Shown here in pieces: positions 27,891 to 36,813 of a stretch of 64,000 nucleotides of DNA. Made by a program: the position numbers and the translations under genes. This stretch comes from a bacterium (lineage in GTDB: Bacteria; Patescibacteriota; Minisyncoccia; Sungbacterales; SURF-37). The notes beneath the pieces are model-generated. The model did not search any database and was not told the DNA's origin. It saw only the letters and a program-made list of their open reading frames with translations. Numbering within the stretch: position 1 is the stretch's first letter; the number at the start of each line of letters is the position of its first letter. The stretch is from the NCBI GenBank assembly GCA_030648055.1, contig JAUSHI010000009.1, positions 47,722 through 111,721 on the forward strand, in the 5' to 3' direction.

Positions 27891-28469
27891 ATGGGACGAG
27901 GTAAAGATATAAAACCCAGATTGGGCCCAGTGATGCAGAAAATATTGCTACTCTTGGCCGGAGGTTCTGCGCTCGGGCTTTCTCGGAGGCCCGATACTTA
28001 TTTTCGAATTCTCAGAGGCATCACAAAGGAATGGCGGGCAATAGAACGGCGGCGCCTTCACGAGGCAATAAGAAATCTTTATAGTTCACAGTTGGTTGAC
28101 TGCCGAGAGCATCCCGATGGCACGGCCTCTTTGGTGTTGACCAATAGTGGTAAGGAGCGAGTGCTACATTATGATCCCGAGGCGATAAAAATAAAGCGCC
28201 CTAAACGGTGGGATGGTTTGTGGCGGGTTGTTATGTTTGATATTCCCGAGCTCCAGAAACGAGCGCGCGACGCGCTTTCATTTAAATTAAGACAGATCGG
28301 TTTTTATCCAATGCAAAAGAGCGTGTTTGTACATCCGTACGATTGTAAAGATGAAATAGATTTTCTTATTGAATTCCATCAGGTTAGACCGCACGTGAGA
28401 TTTTTATTGGTAAAAGAAACTGACATCGATTTGAAACTAAAACAGCATTTTCACATTAATATGTTATGA
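27891..28469 (+). CDS. PaaX-like putative transcriptional regulator (N-terminal wHTH-like plus PaaX C-terminal domain)
   Basis: MQKILLLLAG...LVLTNSGKERVL resembles the PaaX N-domain. The C-terminal VVMFDIPE...QKSVFVHP segment is PaaX-C-like. Confidence 0.4.
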   Translation: MGRGKDIKPRLGPVMQKILLLLAGGSALGLSRRPDTYFRILRGITKEWRAIERRRLHEAIRNLYSSQLVDCREHPDGTASLVLTNSGKERVLHYDPEAIKIKRPKRWDGLWRVVMFDIPELQKRARDALSFKLRQIGFYPMQKSVFVHPYDCKDEIDFLIEFHQVRPHVRFLLVKETDIDLKLKQHFHINML

Positions 28470-28473
28470 ATTA

Positions 28474-28503
28474 CCGTTTAATATGCTATAGCATATTAAA
28501 CGG
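28474..28503. terminator. Perfect 30-bp palindrome, putative bidirectional terminator
   Basis: ccgtttaatatgcta|tagcatattaaacgg lies between the 3' ends of the PaaX-like gene (+) and tRNA-Leu (-). Confidence 0.55.
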
Positions 28504-28516
28504 GCAAAAAGAAAAA

Positions 28517-28600
28517 TGGGCGAGGAGGGAGTTGAACCCTCATGAGCTTGCGCTCGCAGGATTTTGAGTCCTGTGCGTCTGCCAGTTCCGCCACTCGCCC
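28517..28600 (-). tRNA. tRNA-Leu (anticodon CAA), type II with long variable arm
   Basis: The reverse complement folds as GGGCGAG / TG / GCGG-AACTGGCAGA-CGC / A / CAGGA-CTCAAAA-TCCTG / long variable arm / GAGGG-TTCAACT-CCCTC / CTCGCCC-A. This is near the E. coli tRNA-Leu pattern. No encoded CCA. Confidence 0.88.
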
Positions 28601-28681
28601 TTCGTTGGAGATATTTTACTCCACAATTTTAATAATTTCAATTGTTGCGGAGCTTAGTAAAATGGCTTACTGTGGAATTAC

Positions 28682-29443
28682 ATGGCTACCGTAATTTCTG
28701 TTCTCAATCAAAAAGGAGGAACCGGCAAGACAACAACTAGCGTTAATCTGTCTGCTTATTTGGTCGCCTTGGGAAAGAAAGTTCTCTTGGTTGATATTGA
28801 TCCGCAGGCTAATGCCACATCCGGGCTTGGTGTGGACCGCAAGACCCTCAAGGAAAATCTTTATCACGCGCTTGTGCTGGATGTTTCTCCGGGCGGCGTT
28901 ATAAGAAAAACACGGCTTTTAAATCTTGATATTTTACCGGGCTCGCCGGATCTTGCCGGAGCCTCGGTGGAGCTTGTTGGTATGAAAAGGCGCGAGTTTA
29001 GGCTGAGAGACCTTCTCAAAAAAGTTTCCGGAGGGTACGATTATATAATAATTGATCCTCCGCCCTCGCTCGGGCTTTTGACGCTGAATTCCATTACCGC
29101 CTCCGACAAAGTGATTATTCCCGTGCAGTGCGAGTATTACGCCATGGAGGGGTTGGCCGAGCTTTTAAGGACAATTCAGCTTGTAAAGAAAAACTTAAAA
29201 TCAAAAATTGAAGTCGGCGGGGTGGTGCTTACCATGTTTGATAAAACTTCTCGTCTTCACAGGGCGGTTGCCAAAGAAATACGGAAAAAATTTCCCGGAC
29301 ATGTGTTTGAAACGGTAGTCCCGAGAAATATCAGCCTCGCGGAGGCCCCCAGTTTCGGCAAGGCGATTCTGCAATACGACCCTTATAGCCACGGAGCAAA
29401 GGCCTATAGACAATTGGCCCAGGAACTAATACAGATGAAGTAA
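28682..29443 (+). CDS. parA: Chromosome partitioning ATPase ParA/Soj
   Basis: Deviant Walker A NQKGGTGKTTTSVNL. Confidence 0.9.
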   Translation: MATVISVLNQKGGTGKTTTSVNLSAYLVALGKKVLLVDIDPQANATSGLGVDRKTLKENLYHALVLDVSPGGVIRKTRLLNLDILPGSPDLAGASVELVGMKRREFRLRDLLKKVSGGYDYIIIDPPPSLGLLTLNSITASDKVIIPVQCEYYAMEGLAELLRTIQLVKKNLKSKIEVGGVVLTMFDKTSRLHRAVAKEIRKKFPGHVFETVVPRNISLAEAPSFGKAILQYDPYSHGAKAYRQLAQELIQMK

Positions 29444-29582
29444 GATAAAGAAATTTATGAATCCCGTTAGAAGCCGCGGTCGCGGTGCGGGAAATATATA
29501 GTACTAATAATATGAGAAAGGAGATTATAAATTATCAGTATAATAATCAGCAGGCACCGACCGCGACCCGCTTTTAAACGGA

Positions 29583-30680
29583 ATGAACCCATTAGGTAAA
29601 GGACTTGAATCACTAATACCAGACAAAGACCCCTTGGAGTTAAGCGATAAGGAGCCGCTGGATATTTTAGATGCGCAAGCAAATATTCCAGAGCCAGTTT
29701 ATCGTCTCGCTTCTTTGGGAGGCGCGACTGTGCCAAGAGCTGATTTTGGAACCAGTGCTCATAATGAAATTAAGGCCGAGGTCGCCAAAACGATGCTCGC
29801 ACTCGCCCCTAGCCAAGAAAATTTTCACGAGGAAGTGCCTCGCTACGCGCGCTCTAGGGGAGAGAGTGTTTTTTGGATTGACATAGGTAAGATTGAGCCG
29901 AACCCTTATCAGCCCAGAAAGGAGTTTGATGAGGAGGCGTTAAAAAGTTTGTCGGATTCAATACGGACGCACGGAGTGCTTCAGCCTATCGTAGTTTATA
30001 AAGTTGAGGTGGAAACTCCCCGGGGCCTTGATGTCCGCTATCAGCTAATAGCGGGTGAGAGAAGGTGGAGAGCGTCAAAAATGGCTGGGCTTCGTGAGGT
30101 TCCGGCAATGGTTAAGCGGGGGCAGGCCGAAGAGCGTCAAAAATTAGAGTGGGCTATTATTGAAAATGTTCAGCGCGAGGATTTAAGTCCGGTTGAGCGC
30201 GCGCGTGCTTTCAAACAGCTTATTGGTGAGTTCAACCTTTCCCAACGAGATGTCGCCGGCCGAATCGGGAAAAGCCGCGAATATGTGGCCAATGCCATCC
30301 GGCTTTTGTCGCTTCCCGTACATATTCAGACGGCGATTGAAAGCGGGACTATAAGCGAAGGTCATGCCCGAGCTATTTTGACTATGCAGGGTTTGCCGGA
30401 AAGCCAGAATAAACTTTTTGAAGAAATTAAGGCCAACAGTTTGACGGTGCGCGACGCAGAGCTCGCCACCCGCGCGATGCTTGGCGCGCGGAGGCCCACT
30501 AAACGGAGGAACGCTTCTTTTCTTGACCCGGAAGTGCGCTCGGTTCAGTCGCGGCTTGAGGAGACGCTAGGCACAAAAGTGCTTTTGCAAAAGGACGGCG
30601 AACGCGGGAAAATCATCGTGGAGTTTTATTCCGATGAAGAACTGCGGAGTATAATTAGCAAGATGATGAGCGGAGAATAA
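29583..30680 (+). CDS. parB: Chromosome partitioning protein ParB/Spo0J (with a lineage-specific insert of about 90 aa after the N-terminal motif)
   Basis: N-terminal GKGLESLIP, ParB box IEPNPYQPRKEF...GVLQPIVV, and the HTH region. Confidence 0.85.
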   Translation: MNPLGKGLESLIPDKDPLELSDKEPLDILDAQANIPEPVYRLASLGGATVPRADFGTSAHNEIKAEVAKTMLALAPSQENFHEEVPRYARSRGESVFWIDIGKIEPNPYQPRKEFDEEALKSLSDSIRTHGVLQPIVVYKVEVETPRGLDVRYQLIAGERRWRASKMAGLREVPAMVKRGQAEERQKLEWAIIENVQREDLSPVERARAFKQLIGEFNLSQRDVAGRIGKSREYVANAIRLLSLPVHIQTAIESGTISEGHARAILTMQGLPESQNKLFEEIKANSLTVRDAELATRAMLGARRPTKRRNASFLDPEVRSVQSRLEETLGTKVLLQKDGERGKIIVEFYSDEELRSIISKMMSGE

Positions 30681-30710
30681 GCGCGCGGGATTTTAAAACA
30701 GAAATTTATC

Positions 30711-30738
30711 AAAAAAACGGTCTTAGGCCGTTTTTTTT
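30711..30738. terminator. Bidirectional rho-independent terminator (A-run / hairpin / T-run)
   Basis: aaaaaaacggtcttaggccgtttttttt lies between the convergent parB and rel. Confidence 0.6.
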
Positions 30739-30760
30739 GATGCTGATTTTAACAGGCGGA

Positions 30761-32509
30761 CTATGCCAATTTATAGTTTATTTCTTCAACTCCGTTTACT
30801 TTTTTGAGGCGAAAAATTAATTTTTCCAGAGAGGGCTTGGTCTTAACCGAAATCTGGATGACTATCAGTGGATACAGGCGGTTCTTCGTCTCGCTGGTAA
30901 CGCTTTTCATGTTTATTTTTTGATCGGAAATAACTTGAGAGACGTCTTTTAAGAGTCCTATGCGGTCTTTTATGTTTAATCGGAGCTCCACGGAAGAGCC
31001 TGTTTTTTTGGCAAACGCAAAATGTTCCCGTCCTTTTCTAATTGATGTGGTTATTTTTTTACGCGCTCCAGAGGTTTTTACGAACTCAAGCCAGTCTTGG
31101 TTTGGCCTTTTATTTTTTTGAGTAAGAATTTCAACAACATCCCCCGATGAAAGGCGGTAGTCAAGCGATACCATTTTGGAGTTAACCTTGGCACCCGCGG
31201 CAGTGTCTCCAATTGTTGAGTGAACCTGGTAGGCAAAATCAACCGGCGTTGCTCCTTCTGGGAGGTCAAGAACCTCGCCCTTGGGCGTGAAGACAAAGAT
31301 GCGGTTTTTGAAAAAATCAATTTTTAACGATTCAAGAAATTCTTCCGGATTTTGAAATTCTTTGTGCCATTCTCTTAATTGCTGGACCCAGGCCAGATTT
31401 TTATTACGGGCAATTCCGCTGAAAGATGGAGTATTTTTTGGCGATTCGGTTTTGGCTTCCGAATACGCCCAGTGGGCGGTAATTCCATTTTCTGCCTCTT
31501 GGTGCATTTCCAGCGTTCTGATTTGGAATTCCGTCATTTTGCCTTCGGGGCCGAATATCGTGGTGTGAAGCGAGCGGTAGCCGTTGGGTTTGGGAATGGC
31601 GATATAATCTTTGATACGCCCCGGGATTGGTTTCCAAAGTTTGTGGATGGCGCCCAGTGTTTTGTAGCAATCCTCAATATTTTTTACGACAACACGCACG
31701 GCGATTAAGTCGTGGATTTTATCTATATCCATGCCGTGGGCGAGAAGTTTTTTATAAAGGGAGTAATAGTGTTTTGCCCGCGCGTGGATATCAATCGGAT
31801 AAAGGCCTTCTTTAGAAAATTCATTTTTTACGACTGGAATCAGGCGTTCAATATAATTTTTCCGGTCTTCAAATGTGTCTTTTGTGTGGTCTTTAAGCCA
31901 GCTATGTTCTTGGGGGTAAATATAAGGAAAAGCGAGGTCTTCAAGCTGACCTTTTGTCTCGCCGATTCCGAGCCGGTAGGCAAGGGGCGCGTAAATTTCA
32001 AGAGTTTCAAGCGCTATACGGCGCTTCTTTTCGGGCGCTACGTGTTCAAGCGTTTCCATGTTATGTTGGCGGTCGGCAAGTTTTATTAAAACCACCCTTA
32101 TATCTTCAGCCACAGCCAGAAACATTTTTCTTAAGTTTTCCGCGTTTCGTTCAGTACCTTTGTAGCGGATTTGGTCAAGTTTTGTCACACCCTCAACAAG
32201 AAAAGCGATTTCGTCGCCGAAATTTTTTCTTATGTCGTCAATTGTGCGCTCGGTGTCTTCAACGGTGTCGTGCAGAAGTCCGGCCGCTATCGTCTCTTTG
32301 TCCAGTTTCATGTTGGTAAGTCTCTCCGCGACCGCAAGCGGGTGCACTATATAGGGCTCGCCTGATTTTCTTTTCTGGTCTTTGTGGGCCTCTGTTGCGA
32401 ATTCATACGTGCGTTTTATCAACGCCAAATTAGCTTCGGCATGCCCCGTTTCGCGCATCTTTTTCAGAATATCGTTTAAAATTTTATCGTTCGTTCTCTT
32501 TACATCCAT
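30761..32509 (-). CDS. rel: Bifunctional (p)ppGpp synthetase/hydrolase (RelA/SpoT homolog)
   Basis: HD domain (HPLAVAERL...LHDTVEDT), RelA/SpoT synthetase domain, and TGS and ACT-like C-terminus. Confidence 0.9.
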   Translation of the reverse strand: MDVKRTNDKILNDILKKMRETGHAEANLALIKRTYEFATEAHKDQKRKSGEPYIVHPLAVAERLTNMKLDKETIAAGLLHDTVEDTERTIDDIRKNFGDEIAFLVEGVTKLDQIRYKGTERNAENLRKMFLAVAEDIRVVLIKLADRQHNMETLEHVAPEKKRRIALETLEIYAPLAYRLGIGETKGQLEDLAFPYIYPQEHSWLKDHTKDTFEDRKNYIERLIPVVKNEFSKEGLYPIDIHARAKHYYSLYKKLLAHGMDIDKIHDLIAVRVVVKNIEDCYKTLGAIHKLWKPIPGRIKDYIAIPKPNGYRSLHTTIFGPEGKMTEFQIRTLEMHQEAENGITAHWAYSEAKTESPKNTPSFSGIARNKNLAWVQQLREWHKEFQNPEEFLESLKIDFFKNRIFVFTPKGEVLDLPEGATPVDFAYQVHSTIGDTAAGAKVNSKMVSLDYRLSSGDVVEILTQKNKRPNQDWLEFVKTSGARKKITTSIRKGREHFAFAKKTGSSVELRLNIKDRIGLLKDVSQVISDQKINMKSVTSETKNRLYPLIVIQISVKTKPSLEKLIFRLKKVNGVEEINYKLA

Positions 32510-32546
32510 GTGGCATTATTGTATTCTTTGACGCGCGTTTTTTCAA

Positions 32547-32679
32547 CCCCGTAGTAGAACGCGGCATAGCGCCTTTAATTTTTTGGCAGTAAAATGTTTT
32601 GTCAGAAAAATTGTATGTGCGGCATCGGTTTTTTATTTAATTATGCGCAAAAAATATTATGCCGCGTTTCACTACGGGG
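32547..32679. repeat. Family C inverted-repeat element, copy C1 (22-bp arms ccccgtagtagaacgcggcata / tatgccgcgtttcactacgggg with a 90-bp loop)
   Basis: Arms are complementary with 2 mismatches. Arm sequence is related to the other CCSGGTAGTGAAA-motif sites. Confidence 0.6.
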
Positions 32680-32758
32680 TCAATCCTTGACCGGTTTATG
32701 GCATTGCATTAGTATTGTTTAGGAATAAGTTCGTTAAAAAATTAAATAAAGAAAGAGG

Positions 32759-33856
32759 ATGATAATGAATCCCTATCTTGCAAGGCTTGAACCCTATTTC
32801 TCGCTTCCCAAGAAGCATGTGAAGTTGAATCGCGAGCGTCTTAGCGCTTTCGTGTATGAGGTAGCACTTCAAGAACTGGAAGCGCCTTCGTGGAAAGAGC
32901 CAGTATACCCTGTTGATGATTTGGAATTCGTTCAGTTTCTTGGAATGGGCAGTAGCATCAATTTTTATTACACCGACCTTGCTACAGGAGAAAAATTCCA
33001 GACACTTTGGCCGGAGTGTGGGTTGTGCCGACAGGTGGTGTCTTTTTATGCAGAAATCGGGAAACGTAAATTCCGCTGTATCGCGCACGGAGTTGAGGCG
33101 ACGATGTGGGGCGGGGCCTATGCTATGTGGGCCTGTCTCAAGCGCGCGGAAGGGGACGGTATTTCTATCACTGACGCCCGGTTTTTGAGAGACAAGCAGA
33201 AGTGGACCAAAGAGCTCGCGCGTTTTGTTTTCAGGGGCACAGAGCCGGTTCCGGTAATTCCCATGCTGATAGAACGGCACAAACTTTTGCGTGATAGCGC
33301 GGTTTTTCTTGAAGGTTACAGGAATAAGTGGATGAATGTTTTTAAATTGGCTAAATTCAGAGCTTTTAATGACGGATCTGGCGCGGTTGAATTGCTGGCA
33401 AACTTTTCTTCGTATCATGATGAATATCTCGGGTTTTCGGGAAGTTCCGGTCCAGCAATTCCATTCTATAAACGAGCCCATCTTTTTGTGCAGATGTATG
33501 AAGGACGGGCGCGCGCGTCAGAAGTTTTGCCGCGCATCAAAGACCCGGAGCTTTTGATTCTTCCTGCTGACTACGAACTCCCGAGAGCGCTTAGGGCCAA
33601 ACAAATTACCGAATATTCGCCCGCGCTTTTGGAAAGAATTGTTAACAAGCGAGAGGTTAAAGAGGGAAGTAGGATGGAGATTGAGATCCGCCTCGCGACG
33701 GTTGAGGCCGGAGAAATTTTGGAGAAAGAAATTAATTTTTTACGGAAAGCTCACAATTTGCCGCTTTACACCAAAGTTGAAACCGATTATCTTCTTTGGA
33801 CAAGCGGTCGGGCCCATTCTGAAACGCACCATATTACTCGTACGACCAAATACTAA
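32759..33856 (+). CDS. Conserved hypothetical protein (365 aa), function unknown
   Basis: Long ORF with coding-like composition. No motif is assignable from sequence alone. Confidence 0.35.
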   Translation: MIMNPYLARLEPYFSLPKKHVKLNRERLSAFVYEVALQELEAPSWKEPVYPVDDLEFVQFLGMGSSINFYYTDLATGEKFQTLWPECGLCRQVVSFYAEIGKRKFRCIAHGVEATMWGGAYAMWACLKRAEGDGISITDARFLRDKQKWTKELARFVFRGTEPVPVIPMLIERHKLLRDSAVFLEGYRNKWMNVFKLAKFRAFNDGSGAVELLANFSSYHDEYLGFSGSSGPAIPFYKRAHLFVQMYEGRARASEVLPRIKDPELLILPADYELPRALRAKQITEYSPALLERIVNKREVKEGSRMEIEIRLATVEAGEILEKEINFLRKAHNLPLYTKVETDYLLWTSGRAHSETHHITRTTKY

Positions 33857-33872
33857 GGAGGAGGGAGGATAA

Positions 33873-34097
33873 ATGACTGACCGGTGTCCTTCTTGCGGAA
33901 CGTGGCATCTTATTTTTGACTCCCGCGCGCGCGGTGCCAGATGCACGAATCCCGATTGTGATTTTCAGGAAACGCTTTCTTATGCCGATTATCTCCGGTG
34001 TTATGCCGACCGGAGCCGGATGGTTGTTTTACCCAAAGAACTCGGCGGAGGATTAAATCCGGAATGGCGCGGCTCTGTCCGCGGAACACGTCAATGA
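33873..34097 (+). CDS. Small zinc-ribbon protein
   Basis: Strong SD (aaggaggagggagg). CPSCGTW...CTNPDC. Confidence 0.45.
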   Translation: MTDRCPSCGTWHLIFDSRARGARCTNPDCDFQETLSYADYLRCYADRSRMVVLPKELGGGLNPEWRGSVRGTRQ

Positions 34098-34237
34098 ATC
34101 AAAAACGCCCAAACGGGCGTTTTTCATTTTTAATTTATTCCAAGCGAGCTTTTCCTGAAATTTTCCATTGCGTAGGTTTTACCCAAGCGAGTCATTTCAG
34201 AATTTTCCCCTCGCCCCTTTAATCATATGAGCGAGGT

Positions 34238-34490
34238 ATTAGCAAAATTTTTTATTGCGCAGATTTAGGAACAAAATGACGAGCATATTAGCAACATAAG
34301 GAAAATCTGCTGTGTGAATCCCCCGGCTTGTAGCCGGGGATGAGTTCAGATTTTCCTTAATAATGTTGCGAAATATGAGAGGAGATTTTGTCTCAATCGG
34401 AGCTGAATAAATTTTTGTTGATGCCGAGCGTTGTTTTGTGAAGTGCGCGAAGTAGAATTTGTTCAAATCGGAGCGGGGAAAATTTTGAAA
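34238..34490 (-). repeat. Family A repeat, copy 2 (inverted relative to copy 1)
   Basis: The reverse complement aligns with 3955..4205. Its central hairpin is ccccggc-ttgta-gccgggg. It lies immediately 3' of the topA stop (34500). Confidence 0.7.
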
Positions 34491-34499
34491 TGGCGAGCG

Positions 34500-36665
34500 T
34501 CACTTTTTATGCGGATTGTGATTTGGGCAAGTTTTATTACTGCACCTTTCGGGAATGGTTTTTGTTCCCTGCATCATTAAGGACCCGCAAAGTGGGCAGA
34601 CGTTTCCTGTGGGGCGCGCCTTCACGGCGAAGATGCATTTGGGGTAATTTGAACAGCTGAAAAACGGACCAAAGCGCCCTCTTCGTTCAACAATCTCACC
34701 CTCTTTGCACTGCGGGCACTTGACTCCGGTTTTGGCGCGCTCTTCTTCTTCAGCGCTCTTCTTTATGTATTTACATTTCGGATAATTTTTACAGGCTATA
34801 AATTTTCCGAATCTTCCTTCGCGTTCTATCAGCTTGCCTTCTTTGCACTCGGGGCATATTTCTCCGGTCTCTCTTGGTGCTTCAAGAACACTGCCGTCCA
34901 TTTTTCTTGCCCCACTGCATTCTGGAAAACGGCTACAGCTTAAAAATTTTCCATTTCTTGAAAGTTTTATAATCATGGGGCTTCCGCACACCGGACAAGG
35001 AAATTCAGCAGGGCCTTCGCCGAGGTTTGTGAGCTTAGCGATTTTTTCTTTTGATTTTATTTCTTTGCTAAAAGGGCCGTAGAAATCGCGCAGTGTTTTA
35101 ACATATTCTTTTTTGCCGTCCGCGATTTCATCTAAAGTATTTTCCATATCTGCGGTGAAAGAGTCGCTTATGTATGAAGCAAAATTTTCTTCCAAAAATG
35201 AACTTACCACTTCGCCGGTGTCTGTAGGTTTTAGGGCTCTTCCTACTTTCTCGGCGTATCCCCGGTCTTGAAGCGTTTTAAGAATTGCCGCGTAAGTTGA
35301 GGGGCGTCCGATTTCGCGTTTTTCAAGTTCTTTGACTAAACCGGCTTCAGTGTAGCGGGAGGGCGGCTCGGTTGCTTTAGCTTCGCTTGTTACATCTTTT
35401 AGAGATAAAGCCGTGCCTTCCGCAAGGTGCGGAAGTTCAATGTCTTCGCCCCTAGCCGCGGGATCGGCATTAAGCCAGCCCGGGAAAACAATCACGCTTC
35501 CGTTGATTGAAAAATCAGGAATCAGTTCTTTTGGCCCGGTGATATTTGCCGATATTTTTGTGCGAAGCGTTTTTGCGTCAGTCATTTGCGAGGCAAGGGC
35601 GCGCGCGCGGATGAGCGAGTACAATTTTTTTTGCTCCGGAGTTGAACCGGCGGTCTTCGCGTTCATTTTTGTCGGGCGCACCGCTTCGTGCGCTTCCTGG
35701 GCGGTTTTTGATTTGGTGGTATACACTCTCGGAGATAAATATTCTTGGCCGTAGGTTTTTTCTATTTCGGCGTGGATCGCGGCTTGGGCCTCGGTTGATA
35801 ATGTCGGGCTGTCGGTGCGCATGTAGCTGATGTGCCCCTGCTCATAGAGCTTTTGCGCGATTGACATGGTGTATGACGGAGAGAATCCAAAGCGGGAGCT
35901 CGCTGTCTGCTGCATGGTTGAGGTAGTAAGCGGTGGCTTGGGAGAGCGCTTTACTTCGGCTTGCGTAACGGAGTTTATTTGCCAAGAATGTTTTTTGGCC
36001 TCCTCAATAATTCGTGATGATTCTTTTTCGGTTTTCGGCTCCTCATCGCAGGTAAGTGTCAGTATGTGTTTTTGAGGCGTTTCAAATTGCCCAGATATAA
36101 TCCAGTAAGCTTCAGGAATAAAAGCGCGTATTTCGCGCTCGCGCTCCATAATAATGCGAAGTGCTGGAGATTGTACTCTTCCGGCCGAAAGGCCGTAGCG
36201 CACTTTTTTCCAAATAAGACCGCTTAAGTCGTATCCGAACAAGCGATCTAAAACTCGCCGCGCCTCTTGTGCGGTTCGCAGATGTTCGTCAATATCCCGG
36301 GGATGTTTTAACGCTTCGTTGACCGCGTGTTCGGTGATTTCATTGAAGACAACGCGTTTCGGGCTTTTTAAATTACAGGCCTCTTTGACGTGCCAGGCGA
36401 TTGCTTCGCCTTCGCGGTCGGGGTCGGTTGCGAGAACCACCTCACTTGCTTTTTCCGAAAGCGAAGTTAGTTCCTGCACAATTTTTTCTTTACCTTTGAC
36501 TATTTCATAATGGGGAATGAAGCCGGCTTTGATATCTATGGCTTTTTTGTTTGATTTCGGCAAATCACGAATATGCCCGACGCTCGCGCGGACCTCATAT
36601 GTTCCATGAAGATATTTAGATATTGTTTTTGCCTTTGCCGGAGATTCGACAATCAATAATTTCAT
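34500..36665 (-). CDS. topA: DNA topoisomerase I with C-terminal zinc ribbons
   Basis: TOPRIM MKLLIVESPAKAKTI, active-site region, and multiple C-terminal CxxC zinc fingers. The ATG at 36665 matches the canonical N-terminus, so the ORF-track start at 36704 is probably spurious. Confidence 0.9.
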   Translation of the reverse strand: MKLLIVESPAKAKTISKYLHGTYEVRASVGHIRDLPKSNKKAIDIKAGFIPHYEIVKGKEKIVQELTSLSEKASEVVLATDPDREGEAIAWHVKEACNLKSPKRVVFNEITEHAVNEALKHPRDIDEHLRTAQEARRVLDRLFGYDLSGLIWKKVRYGLSAGRVQSPALRIIMEREREIRAFIPEAYWIISGQFETPQKHILTLTCDEEPKTEKESSRIIEEAKKHSWQINSVTQAEVKRSPKPPLTTSTMQQTASSRFGFSPSYTMSIAQKLYEQGHISYMRTDSPTLSTEAQAAIHAEIEKTYGQEYLSPRVYTTKSKTAQEAHEAVRPTKMNAKTAGSTPEQKKLYSLIRARALASQMTDAKTLRTKISANITGPKELIPDFSINGSVIVFPGWLNADPAARGEDIELPHLAEGTALSLKDVTSEAKATEPPSRYTEAGLVKELEKREIGRPSTYAAILKTLQDRGYAEKVGRALKPTDTGEVVSSFLEENFASYISDSFTADMENTLDEIADGKKEYVKTLRDFYGPFSKEIKSKEKIAKLTNLGEGPAEFPCPVCGSPMIIKLSRNGKFLSCSRFPECSGARKMDGSVLEAPRETGEICPECKEGKLIEREGRFGKFIACKNYPKCKYIKKSAEEEERAKTGVKCPQCKEGEIVERRGRFGPFFSCSNYPKCIFAVKARPTGNVCPLCGSLMMQGTKTIPERCSNKTCPNHNPHKK

Positions 36666-36776
36666 CCCGTACGAAATAGGACGCGGACGCAGAATATCCC
36701 GCATCCCAGATTATTACTAATTTTTTCTAACAAAATTCATATATATGATGTGCACGCGTCCGCGATTTCGTACGGG
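36666..36776. repeat. Family C-like inverted repeat, copy C2 (arms cccgtacgaaataggacgcggacgc / gcgtccgcgatttcgtacggg) abutting the topA start codon
   Basis: Arms of about 22 bp are separated by about 64 bp. The left arm ends at the topA ATG. Confidence 0.5.
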
Positions 36777-36813
36777 ATTCATAGCCTCACTTCTTGCGGA
36801 ACTTTCGAAAGAT

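Noticed and set aside
27891-28469. Cas2-like C-terminal half of ORF 27891 (VVMFDIPE...QKSVFV) as a sign of a CRISPR-Cas locus
   Set aside because: The N-terminal half matches PaaX-type regulators, whose C-domain is known to be Cas2-like in fold. No Cas1/Cas9/effector genes or repeat array are nearby.
29467-29736. ORF 29467..29736 (-) antisense to the parB 5' end
   Set aside because: It overlaps the ParB N-terminal conserved GKGLESLIP region on the opposite strand and has no support.
36666-36704. Extended TopA N-terminus MRDILRPRPISYG
   Set aside because: It is encoded by the inverted-repeat arm. The TOPRIM N-terminus MKLLIVESPAKAKTI begins at the ATG at 36665.
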